Shown here piece after piece: positions 51,602 to 60,785 of a DNA stretch of 64,000 nucleotides. The stretch is taken from positions 361,193 through 425,192 of the forward strand of contig CAWDJL010000005.1 of the NCBI GenBank assembly GCA_963802675.1, read 5' to 3'. Within the stretch, counting starts at the first letter, position 1; the number at the start of each line of letters is the position of its first letter. This stretch comes from an uncultured Acidobacteriota bacterium (GTDB lineage Bacteria > Acidobacteriota > Vicinamibacteria > Vicinamibacterales > UBA2999). A program made the translations under genes and the position numbers. A model generated the notes under the pieces. The model was given only the letters and a program-made list of their open reading frames with translations, had not been told where the DNA came from and searched no databases.

Positions 51602-53613
51602 TCGCGATCGCTTCCTGTCGGCTCTGGCTCACCATCAGCGTCGTCTGCGCCTGACGTCGGCCGTTTGGGCGTTCGTCGCCGGCGCGATCGCAACCGCGGC
51701 GACCGGCGCTGCGCTGAGTGTCGCGAGCCTCCAGCCGAGTACAGCGAAATTGGTTTCTGTTCTTGTGGGGGCCATCACGTTCGGCAGCCTCGCAATACGT
51801 GTGGTGGAGATCCTGGACCGCGGTTCGGGTGGCGAGCACGATCGAGTCTCGCGTCACTGGCCTTGATAATCTGGTGATCACCGCCGAAGAGGTGATCCGA
51901 GCACCTCGTGACCGAGTCCCGAACCTGTGCCATGTGCTCTTTCATCAAGCCGCCCGCCGCCTTGACGAAGTGACACCGGACAGAGTTCAAGTGTTCCAGC
52001 CAGCCGTGATGACTGCGGCCGTCGCTGCCGGAATCGCCATCGTCGTTCTGACCAGTGTGTCAGGTCGACCTTCCAACACGCAGATAGGAGCGGATGCGGG
52101 TGTTGCGTCTTCGGCGATCACGCCATCTGGACGCGACCTGCGAGTTGTCATCACGCCGCCAGCCTATACAGAACGTCCCTCCCGTGATCTCATGAATCCG
52201 TCAGAGCTGGAGGTTCTCGAAGGCACGACTCTTCGACTGGAGAGCGGGCGTGACGGCGGATCGTTACAGGTTGTCGAGGTCGGTCGGCCGCCGGTGCCGT
52301 TCGCGGCTGCCGGCGATCGCTGGGTCCATGAGTTTGTCGCGAGGGACTCGACGATCCTCCTTGTGCGTCGCGACGCGGTTGGTCAAGGGGGTGACGCTCG
52401 ATTGCTGCAGGTGCGGGTCGAACCGGATCGTCGGCCCCTGGTTCGCATTCTCGAGCCAGCCAAGGACCTCGTTTTCGGTGAGCCGAACGCCAAGGTACCG
52501 ATTGCAATTGAGGCACGCGATGACTTACGACTGGGCACGCTCATCCTGCGATACACGAAAGTTACGGGATCGGGCGAGACGTTCTCATTCGAGGAAGGCG
52601 AAGTCCCGGTACGTGTTCGTGCCGAGACGCCTGATGCCTGGCGCGGTGAGGCGCAGCTCTCGCTCGACACGTTGAAGCTCGTCGATGGAGACACGTTGGT
52701 TTATCGCGCGGTAGCGCGCGACCTCAAGCCCGGCGCTGATCCTTCGACGTCGGAGACGTTCCTCATCGAGATCGGCAGACTCGCTGGCGTCGCGTCGACA
52801 GGTTTCGCTGTCGACGAGGATCGCGATCGTCAAGGGCTCAGCCAGCAGATGGTAATCATCAAGACCGAGCGGCTTCACGCCGTGCGCAATTCGATGGCGG
52901 CGGAGGCGTTTCAAGAGCAGGCACGACTCCTGGCCGTCGAGCAGCGTATGGTCAAGGCCGAGTTCGTCTTCATGACCGGAGGAGAAGTCGCTGACGAGAT
53001 TGAGGAGGCCGAACACGCGCACGAGCTGGTCGAGGGTCGCTTCGAAAACGCTGCGCAGGTCGAATTGCTCACGGCGATTCGCGAGATGTCGCGAGCTGAG
53101 GCCCGACTGAATGCCGCGGATAGCGCCCAGGCGCTGACCTACGAGCGCGCCGCGCTGCGGGCGTTGCAGCGTGCGTTCGACCGTCGTCGATACTTGCTGC
53201 GCACGTTGCCTGAGCGGGCGAGAATCGACCCCGCGCGCCGATTGAGCGGCGATTTGTCAGCGGTGAGCCCCGCTGTGCGGCCTCAGGCAGCGAACGCGAG
53301 TGACGCGACGATTGCAAAGGCTCGGCCGGTGATGGCGGCGCTGGAGTACGCGATTGTCCACCAGGAAAATCTGGGCGCATCACTCGCCTCGGATGCGCTC
53401 GGCGTGGAACCTTCGTCAGAGGTCTTGCAGCGAGCGTCGGTCGCGATGGCCTCAGCCCCCGACGTCAACGACCGCGTCCAGGCGGCTCGCGTTGCGCATC
53501 GGGCGCTGACCGAGATCGTTCGCCAACGGCTTGCAGCCGCTCCTCAACTCGAGATTCTGGACGAGCCGGTGCGTGGCCGGTTTGCCGACGAAGTGCGGCG
53601 GTTGCGCCCATGA
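51591..53613 (+). CDS. Hypothetical membrane protein of the MoxR operon (DUF4175-like), possible frame break near 51760-51866
   Basis: GTG 51591 follows AGGAGG and overlaps the upstream stop. Frame 1 gives two TM helices (..VWAFVAGAIATAATGAALSV.., ..KLVSVLVGAITFGSLAI) and stops at 51866. The long ORF 51718..53613 (..RVASTIESRVTGLDNLVITAEEV..) is in the +1 frame. Alternatively there are two overlapping genes. Confidence 0.5.
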
Positions 53614-55357
53614 TGACGACTGTACTTCGGGGGCTTGGCATTGGCATTGCCGTGGCGGGCCTTGCGGATCCGGCCTGGATCCGGAGCGCGAACCTACCGC
53701 AACCGCTCGCGATTGTCGTGGTCGATGCGAAAACAGGCGCGTCGTCAGCGGTTTCTTCCCGCCTGTGGGCTGCGACCGATCGTCTGCGGTCTGCGCTCGA
53801 TGCCGACTTCAGCCTGTCAGTCAGGAGGTTCGCAGCAAAGACTCGTGGAAGTGCGTGCCCCGCTCGTGGAGGGTGCGTGATTGTTTCAGATGGGTCGACA
53901 CCGCTCAACCTGTCTGCAGGAGCGGCCGTAGTCGGCGGCCTGGAGATTTTGCGCGACGCCGAAGGTACAGATCGCCATTGAACGGATCGACGGACCAGAC
54001 CGCGTGAATGCCAATGGCGCGGGCCGCCTCAACGTGTGGCTTCGAGGTGCCGATGCGGGTCGGCCGGTCGTCATCCAGGCTTTCGATCAGGACATGCTGG
54101 TTGGTGAGCGCGAGACGACGGCGTCGAACGCGCCGGTCGCGCTTGACTGGGTGCCCCTGACATCAGGAGCACGCAAACTGCGCGTCGTCGCCGGCGAGCG
54201 AGCTGGCGAGCAACTGATTTCACACGATCATGCGGATGTGGGCGTCGAGGTGGATACGGAGCGGTTGCCGGTGTTGATGTATGAGCCGGAACCCTCCTGG
54301 CTCGGCACGTTCGTTCGGCGATCGCTCGAAGCCGATCCACGGTTTGACATCGACGCGCGCACTCGTTTCGGTCCGCGTGTGATTGTGGCAAGACCAGCTG
54401 GTCGAGCCTTGAGCCGCGAGGCACTGACCGGGAAGCGCGCGGCGATTATTTCGGCTCCCGACGCCTTGAGCAGCGAGGATGTCAGTCTGATCGAACGTTT
54501 CGCGTCCGTGCGTGGTGGCACGGTGGTGCTCCTTCCGGACCGTCGACCAACCGGGCCGGTCGTACGGCTCATGCCAGCGATAATCGCCGAACGACGGGAG
54601 CCCGAGGTTCAGAAGGCCGGGTTGCTCAGGGCGACCGAGCTGCTGACGTTCGATCCGCAGGCTGACGGAACCAGGGTGCTCGACCGCATCGGTGAGCACG
54701 CGGTAGTGGTCTCGCGTGCCATTGGCCGAGGACGGGTGATCGTCTCGGGGGTCCTCGACGCCTGGCGGTTTAGAGATGCAAACTTTGCGCGCTACTGGTC
54801 AGCGCTGATTGCCGATGCGGCGCTGGCCGCAGGTCCGAGTTTACGTTTGTCGCTGGAGCGGGGTGCTATTGCGTCCGGGCGAGCAAACGCGGCTGACGCT
54901 CGAGTGGCGCACCATGGATCCGGCGCCCGAGCGGATGACGGTTCGTGCCCAGCAGTCCTGTGAGGACGGGTCGGTCACGACGATTCGGCTCTGGCCCGGC
55001 GGGCAACCTCGGGAGTTCACCGGCAGTGTCCGCGCCACCTCGCCGTCGAAGTGCGTCGTTGACGCTGCAATCATCCAACCCGAGCATCTCGAAGCGAAAG
55101 CGTCGCTGTTGGTGGCGACCGACGTGTCGCCCGTCACAGCCCCGAAGGGGGCGTTCGGCAGGGCTATTCGTGCACACGGCGGGATAGTTGCGGTCGAGGG
55201 CGGAGAGCAATCGCTTGTCGATCGAGTGCGCGAGCAACTGCCATTGCAGCGAGGCATGCGTGAGAGCCGCCCGCTGAGGTCGCCGTGGTGGATTGTCCCG
55301 CTGGCCGCCTGCCTCGGGGGCGAGTGGTGGCTTCGGCGTCGAGGGGGCCTGAGGTAA
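53610..55357 (+). pseudogene. Hypothetical membrane-anchored protein of the MoxR operon, split over three successive +1 frames
   Basis: ORFs 53610..53981, 54004..54963 and 54809..55357 occupy frames 0, +1 and +2. The second frame is open from ~53932 and the third joins as ..SLRLSLER|VLLRPGEQTRLTLEWR at the G4 run 54860-54863. N-terminal TM (LGIGIAVAGL) and C-terminal anchor (PWWIVPLAACLGGEWWLRRRGG) bracket the whole. Confidence 0.55.
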
Positions 55358-55368
55358 AGTACCCGTTC

Positions 55369-56961
55369 ATGCAGACTCGGCGGGAATTCGCTCGAACCGT
55401 TGGTCTCGGGGCCATCGGCCTCGGGTTGACGCCATCCATCCTGTACGCGCGGCAGAACACCACGCCGCTTCCACCGGTCAAAGACCCCAAATACCGCAAC
55501 TGGTCGGACGATGCGCTACGAGAGGCCAAGCGCCTGGGGTGCACGTATGCGGATATTCGTTTCACGCTCAATCGATCGAACGGGATTGCCGTGCGGAATG
55601 GTCAACTGACGACCCAGGGCAACATCGGATTTGGTCAGTTTGGAGATGAGGACACCTACGGCTTCGGCGTCCGCGTGATTCATAGTGGCGTGTGGGGTTT
55701 TTCGAGTAGTCCGATCGTGTCGCCGGACGAGATCAAGCGCGTGGTGGAAATCGCGACCGACGTGGCGAAGGCCAGTGCGCTGTCCAAGAAGTTCGACGTG
55801 AAACTCGCTCCGGTCAAGGCCTACGACACGTTTTGGCAGACGCCGATTAAGACCGATCCCTGGAACGTGCCGCTCGAAGATCGCATCGGCTTGCTCATCG
55901 ACACGACTGTCCGTATGCAAAAGCACTCGGACGTCGCGTTTGCCAATGCGGCCGCCAATTTCAATTACGAGTGGAAGTTTCTGGCAACCTCCGAAGGCTC
56001 ATATATCGAGCAGGTGTTCTACTACACCGCGTGCAGCATGAGCGCGACGGCTCGCAAGGACGGCGTGGTCAAGACCCGCACCTATAACCCAGGGACCCAG
56101 ACCAAAGGGTGGGAGTTCGTGGTCGACAGTGACCTGCCCGGAAACGCCGAGCGCGTAGCGGCGGAAGCCGTCGAACACGCGATGGCGAAGCCGGTCGGCA
56201 GCGGACTGAAAGATCTGATTCTGATGCCATCGCATTCGGCACTCACCATTCACGAGATCATTGCGCACCCGACCGAGCTCGATCGCATCGTTGGGTACGA
56301 AGCGAACTACGCCGGGACGAGCTTTATTACGCTGAAAGATCTCGGGAAGTTGAAATACGGCTCCAAGCTGCTGAACATCACTGCCGATCGTACCCATCCG
56401 GGCGGCGCGTCCACGGTTGGATATGACGACGACGGCGTGGAGGCGCAGAAGTGGCCGATTGTCCGCGAGGGCCTCCTGGTGGGCTTGCAGACGAACCGGG
56501 AGACCGCACACTACATCGGCGAGACGTTCTCACGTGGGTGCACGTTCGCCAATCACTGGCGTAACTACCCATTCCTTCGGATGCCCAACATCCAGATGGA
56601 GCCTGGGCCCGACGGTGCCCCGAACGTGGACCAGATGATCGCCGACGTCAAAGACGGGGTGCTGGTGGAAGGGCAGGGCAGCTTCAGCATCGATCAGCAG
56701 CGCTACAACGGTCAGTTTGGCGGCGACGCGTTCTGGGAGCTTCGTAACGGCAAGAAGACCCGCATGGTGACCGACTTTACCTATAACGCGATCACCACCG
56801 ACTTCTGGGCCAACCTTGACGCCGTTGGTCCACCCAGCGCGTGGGAGCATCACGGCATGGGAGGCGACGCCAAGGGACAGCCGGTTCAGTCGAATCGGCC
56901 ATCGCACGGCTCGTCGCCGATCCTGATCCGCCGCATCATGGTTGGCGCCGCGTTCTCCTAA
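55369..56961 (+). CDS. TldD-family metallopeptidase with twin-arginine (Tat) signal
   Basis: MQTRREFARTVGLGAIGLGLTP (RR signal; start refined from 55285). CTYADIRF.., GFGVRVIHSGVWGF, LTIHEIIAHPTELDR (HExxxH), GYDDDG, RMPN, YNGQFGG. Confidence 0.85.
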   Translation: MQTRREFARTVGLGAIGLGLTPSILYARQNTTPLPPVKDPKYRNWSDDALREAKRLGCTYADIRFTLNRSNGIAVRNGQLTTQGNIGFGQFGDEDTYGFGVRVIHSGVWGFSSSPIVSPDEIKRVVEIATDVAKASALSKKFDVKLAPVKAYDTFWQTPIKTDPWNVPLEDRIGLLIDTTVRMQKHSDVAFANAAANFNYEWKFLATSEGSYIEQVFYYTACSMSATARKDGVVKTRTYNPGTQTKGWEFVVDSDLPGNAERVAAEAVEHAMAKPVGSGLKDLILMPSHSALTIHEIIAHPTELDRIVGYEANYAGTSFITLKDLGKLKYGSKLLNITADRTHPGGASTVGYDDDGVEAQKWPIVREGLLVGLQTNRETAHYIGETFSRGCTFANHWRNYPFLRMPNIQMEPGPDGAPNVDQMIADVKDGVLVEGQGSFSIDQQRYNGQFGGDAFWELRNGKKTRMVTDFTYNAITTDFWANLDAVGPPSAWEHHGMGGDAKGQPVQSNRPSHGSSPILIRRIMVGAAFS

Positions 56962-57004
56962 GTGTGGGCCGGTCGATTGGCGGCCATGATTCCAGGGAAG
57001 TGCA

Positions 57005-58360
57005 ATGAGCTACTCACGCGACGAAGTCAAGCTGATCACCGACAAGGTGCTCAACATGTGCAAGGCCGATGCGGTCGACGTCCGCTTTTCGGGCGGCGAG
57101 CGAGCAGCCACTCGGTTTGCCAATTCGAGCATCACGGCCAATTTGATCGAGAGGGATCAAGAGGTCGGCATCACGGTCTTCTACGGTCAGAAGAGTGCCT
57201 CCGCCACGACCCACCAATTCGACGACGCGTCGCTCAAACGTACGATCGAACAGGTGCAATCGCTGGCCAAGCGAAAGCCCGACAACCCGGAGCTGATGCC
57301 TCCCGTAAAGCCGCCGCAAGGCTATGTCGAGGTGAATGCGGTCCTGCCCGCGACGGAACACTTCGGTCCGGCCGAGCGTGCGGCGATGGTCAAGGCCAGC
57401 ACCGATATCTGTGAAAAGAAAGGTGTCCTGGGTGCAGGGTATATCCCAAAGCTCCACTGGACCGATGCCATCGCCAACTCGGAAGGCCTGTTTGGCTACT
57501 TTCGATATGCCGAGGCCAGCTTCATCCTGACGTGTCGTACACCGGACCAGACCGGATCGGGGTGGGCGGGGACGACCGGGGTCAAGGACGTCCGCGACAT
57601 CAACGCGGCTCAACTGACCGAAGTCGCGGCCGACAAAGGATTGAAGTCGCGGAAGCCCCGGGCGATCGAGCCGGGGAACTACACGGTTATTCTCGAGCCT
57701 CGACCCGCAGCCCGCTTTTTGTCCCTGATGCTCGGTTCGCTCAATGCGCGTGCCGCCGAAGAAGGCCGCAGCTTCATGAGCGGCAAGGAACGCGGCAGCA
57801 CCCGCGTCGGCGAGAAGGTGTTTGGCGACAACTTCACGCTGCGGAGCGAGATCGGCAACCCCATTCTGCGCCAGACGCCGATCGGTCAGGACGGCCTGGC
57901 GGCCAAGAGCATGATGTGGGTCGAAAAGGGCGTGGTCAAGAATCTGTTCTACGACCGCTACTGGGCGAGCCGGCAGAAGAAGGACGCGACCGGCACTCAG
58001 ACCGGCATGAGCCTGGTGCTCGAGGGCGGAACCGCCACGGTGGAGGAGATGATCAAGTCCACCAAGCGAGGATTGCTGGTCAGCTTCTTCTGGTACATCC
58101 GGGGGGTCGATCAACAGACGCTCCTCAACACCGGCATGACCCGCGACGGGCTGTTCTTGATCGAGAACGGCGAGATCGTGGCGCCGGTGCAGAATTTCCG
58201 CTGGAACGAATCGCCGGCCGTTGGGTTCAACAATATTTCAATGTTGGGTCGCCCCGTTCCGATGCATACAGGCGAGGCCTACGACAACCCCGGAACCGCG
58301 TTGGTGCCGGCCATGAAAATCGAGGATTTCACCATGACCTCGATCTCACCGGCAGTGTGA
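57005..58360 (+). CDS. PmbA/TldE-family protein (no signal peptide)
   Basis: [80 protein letters not shown]. TldD/PmbA fold without the HExxxH motif. Sits between two TldD genes. Confidence 0.8.
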   Translation: MSYSRDEVKLITDKVLNMCKADAVDVRFSGGERAATRFANSSITANLIERDQEVGITVFYGQKSASATTHQFDDASLKRTIEQVQSLAKRKPDNPELMPPVKPPQGYVEVNAVLPATEHFGPAERAAMVKASTDICEKKGVLGAGYIPKLHWTDAIANSEGLFGYFRYAEASFILTCRTPDQTGSGWAGTTGVKDVRDINAAQLTEVAADKGLKSRKPRAIEPGNYTVILEPRPAARFLSLMLGSLNARAAEEGRSFMSGKERGSTRVGEKVFGDNFTLRSEIGNPILRQTPIGQDGLAAKSMMWVEKGVVKNLFYDRYWASRQKKDATGTQTGMSLVLEGGTATVEEMIKSTKRGLLVSFFWYIRGVDQQTLLNTGMTRDGLFLIENGEIVAPVQNFRWNESPAVGFNNISMLGRPVPMHTGEAYDNPGTALVPAMKIEDFTMTSISPAV

Positions 58361-58384
58361 GTCAGCACCGGTCTTTGAGAAGCC

Positions 58385-59965
58385 ATGAAGAGACGAGACT
58401 TTGTAAAGACCCTTGGCGCGACCGGCGTCGCCCTCTACGCGAGTGACCTGGTCGGCAACCTGCTCGCGCAATCACCGAAGGCCAAAGTCCTCGAGTCTCG
58501 GTTCAAGGGACTTTCGGACATCGCGCTCACTGAAGCGAAGAAGCTTGGCTGCACGTACGCGGACGTGCGTTTCACGCGCAACGTCAGCGACAGCATCGGT
58601 GTGCGCGACAAGATTGTCTCCGGCGGCGGCGGCTTTGGTGGTGGTGGGCGCGAGGAGAGTGCGGGATTTGGCGTCCGCGTCATTCATAGCGGAGTCTGGG
58701 GATTCGCCAGCAGCCCATTTGTCAGCGACGACGAGGTCAAGCGCATCACGCTTCAGGCGAGCGACGTGGCCAAGGCGAGCGCCGTGAGCAAGCGCTTCGA
58801 GGTCAAGCTCGCGCCGACACCCAGCTACGTCGACTACTGGGCGGCGCCAGTCAAAGTCGACCCGGACTCGGTGTCGCTCGACGACAAGATCCAGTTCCTG
58901 GTCACGTTGAACGAGGTGGCCCTGAAACAGCCCGACATCATGCGCGTGCAGTCACAGATTGCCGTCGATTTCGAATGGAAGTATCTAGCCACCTCCGAAG
59001 GGTCCTACATCGAGCAGGAGCTCTGGCGTACGTTCCCGAGCTTCAGCGTAACGGCTCGCAAGGGTAATCAGGTGAAGCAGCGGGCCTTCACGGTCCCCCC
59101 GCGGACGGGCGGCTACGAGATTGCGCGCGACGGCAAGATGCTCGAAAACGTGGAGCGTATCTGCGCCGAAGCCGCGGAGCATTGCACCGCACCGCCGGCG
59201 GGTGTGGGGTTGAAAGACCTGATCATCAGCCCGTCGCACGCGATGTTGACGATTCATGAGATCGTCGCCCACGCCACCGAGCTGGACCGCATCGTCGGCT
59301 ACGAAGCCAACTACGCGGGCACGAGCTTCGTCAAGCTGAGCGATCTCGGGACATTGAAGTACGGCTCGAAGCTCTTCAACGTGACCGCCGACCGCACCAT
59401 CGCCGGTGGAATGTGCACCGTCGGATACGACGATGATGGGGTCAAGGCGCAGGAGTGGCCGCTGGTACGTGAAGGGGTCCTCGTCGGCCTGCAAACCAAC
59501 CGCGAGACCGCGCACTACATTGGTGAGAAGGAATCACGCGGGTGTACGTTCGCTACGTCGTGGCGGAATTACCCGTTCCTCCGAATGCCGAACGTTCATG
59601 TCGATGCGGGCCCGCCGGGATCACCAACCCCGGAAGAGATGATCGCGGATACGAAGGACGGCGTCCTGATCGATGGCCGCGGCAGCTACTCGATTGACCA
59701 GCAGCGCTACAACGGTCAGTTTGGGGGCGACGCGTTCTGGGAAGTGAAAAACGGCAAGAAGACCCGGATGGTCAGCGACGTCACCTACAACGCGATCACC
59801 ACCGATTTCTGGTCCAATCTCGACGCGATCTCCGGTAAGGAATCGTGGGAGATGTTTGGCACGACGGGCGACGCGAAAGGGCAACCCGTGCAGATCAATC
59901 ATCCGTCGCACGGGTCCCCCTGGCTGCGTATTCGCAGAATCATGGTCGGGACGGCCTATAGCTAG
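58385..59965 (+). CDS. TldD-family metallopeptidase with Tat signal, paralogue 2
   Basis: MKRRDFVKTLGATGVALYAS (RR signal), CTYADVRF, GFGVRVIHSGVWGF, LTIHEIVAHATELDR (HExxxH). Collinear with 55369..56961. Confidence 0.85.
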   Translation: MKRRDFVKTLGATGVALYASDLVGNLLAQSPKAKVLESRFKGLSDIALTEAKKLGCTYADVRFTRNVSDSIGVRDKIVSGGGGFGGGGREESAGFGVRVIHSGVWGFASSPFVSDDEVKRITLQASDVAKASAVSKRFEVKLAPTPSYVDYWAAPVKVDPDSVSLDDKIQFLVTLNEVALKQPDIMRVQSQIAVDFEWKYLATSEGSYIEQELWRTFPSFSVTARKGNQVKQRAFTVPPRTGGYEIARDGKMLENVERICAEAAEHCTAPPAGVGLKDLIISPSHAMLTIHEIVAHATELDRIVGYEANYAGTSFVKLSDLGTLKYGSKLFNVTADRTIAGGMCTVGYDDDGVKAQEWPLVREGVLVGLQTNRETAHYIGEKESRGCTFATSWRNYPFLRMPNVHVDAGPPGSPTPEEMIADTKDGVLIDGRGSYSIDQQRYNGQFGGDAFWEVKNGKKTRMVSDVTYNAITTDFWSNLDAISGKESWEMFGTTGDAKGQPVQINHPSHGSPWLRIRRIMVGTAYS

Positions 59966-59971
59966 CGCTAA

Positions 59972-60100
59972 GGTTCCACGGTTCCAAGGTTCCAGGGTTC
60001 CAAGGTTCCGAAGTTCCAAGGTTCGAACCAGACGTTTTCAAGTTCAGCTGATCTGATCGTGCAACCCTGGAACCCTGGAACTATGGAACCCTGGAACCTT
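59972..60100. repeat. GGTTCC / GGAACC word-array inverted repeat, copy 1 (8-nt period)
   Basis: GGTTCCAC GGTTCCAA GGTTCCAG GGTTCCAA GGTTCCGA AGTTCCAA GGTTCGAA (59972-60027), a 33-nt spacer, then AACCCTGG AACCCTGG AACTATGG AACCCTGG AACCTT (60063-60100). Lies between convergent genes and touches the BON stop codon. Confidence 0.85.
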
Positions 60101-60575
60101 ACGATCGAGGCTGCACCCCCAGGTTGTTCACGACTTTGTAACCCTCCGCCCGCCTCTTGGCGATCGCTTCGGCGGCATCGCGTTCGGTCGCTGTCGACAC
60201 GTAGCCGTTGAGTGTGACGGTACGAGTTCGATAGTCGGTTGAGACATCCAGTCTCGTCGCGTCAACCGAAGGGTCGGCCATGAGTGCCGCTTTCACGTCG
60301 ACGGTGACCTTTGCGGCGCTGGCCCGTTCCGCCACCTCTTCACCCGCTTCGGCAGCAACGTTCGCGACCTTGTCGGCGGCGCTTTTCGCCTCGCGTCCGA
60401 GTTCACGAGCCGCTTCGCCAGCCTTGGCGCGCTCATCACGCGTCGCGGCTTCGGCTTGTTCGGCATCCTGCTTGACTCCTTGAGCGGTTCGATCGCAGGC
60501 AGCGGCGGCGGCAATGGCCAGCGCCGTGACGCATCCGATAATGAAAGCGTTGATCCCGCCAATGGTTCGATGCAC
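60099..60575 (-). CDS. BON-domain lipoprotein
   Basis: Lipobox ..ALAIAAAAAC, an A/E/K-rich linker, then VTVDVKAALMADPSVDATRLDVSTDYRTRTVTLNGYVSTATERDAAEAIAKRRAEGYKVVNNL (BON domain). GTG start with GGAGA upstream. Confidence 0.8.
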   Translation of the reverse strand: MHRTIGGINAFIIGCVTALAIAAAAACDRTAQGVKQDAEQAEAATRDERAKAGEAARELGREAKSAADKVANVAAEAGEEVAERASAAKVTVDVKAALMADPSVDATRLDVSTDYRTRTVTLNGYVSTATERDAAEAIAKRRAEGYKVVNNLGVQPRS

Positions 60576-60622
60576 AGTTCAGTTCTCCATCTGCGGAGTA
60601 ACCAAAACGCGTACCACGTTTA

Positions 60623-60785
60623 GGGTTCCAAAGTTCCAGCGTTCCAAAGTTCCAAAGTTCACCTAGGTTTGCCGGTTCCTGCGTTGTAGCGTTCGAATAC
60701 TCAACGGGAGACCCATGCTGGAACCTGCGCATTGAACCCTGGAACCTGGAACCTGGAACTTTGGAACGTTGGAACCTAGGAACTA
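60623..60785. repeat. GGTTCC / GGAACC word-array inverted repeat, copy 2
   Basis: GGTTCCAA AGTTCCAG CGTTCCAA AGTTCCAA AGTTCACC (60624-60663), a ~55-nt spacer, then ..GAACCCT GGAACCT GGAACCT GGAACTTT GGAACGTT GGAACCTA GGAAC (to 60785). Lies between the DUF4159 stop and the BON start. Confidence 0.85.

Noticed and set aside
9024-55357. Programmed +1 ribosomal frameshifting as the explanation for the frame breaks
   Set aside because: There are eight unrelated genes with no shared slippery or stimulatory motif. The breaks fall inside catalytic cores (the AT domain, the RfbF fold), and most lie at simple homopolymers. Consensus insertion error or ordinary pseudogenisation is far more economical.
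60576-60785. GGAAC words upstream of the BON gene as an array of ECF-sigma -35 boxes (GGAAC..)
   Set aside because: The same words occur at a convergent gene end and inside a coding 5' end. I could not find a matching -10 (CGT/TCTGA-like) at a consistent 16-17-nt spacing. The resemblance is probably coincidental. It is worth testing only if an ECF regulon is mapped.
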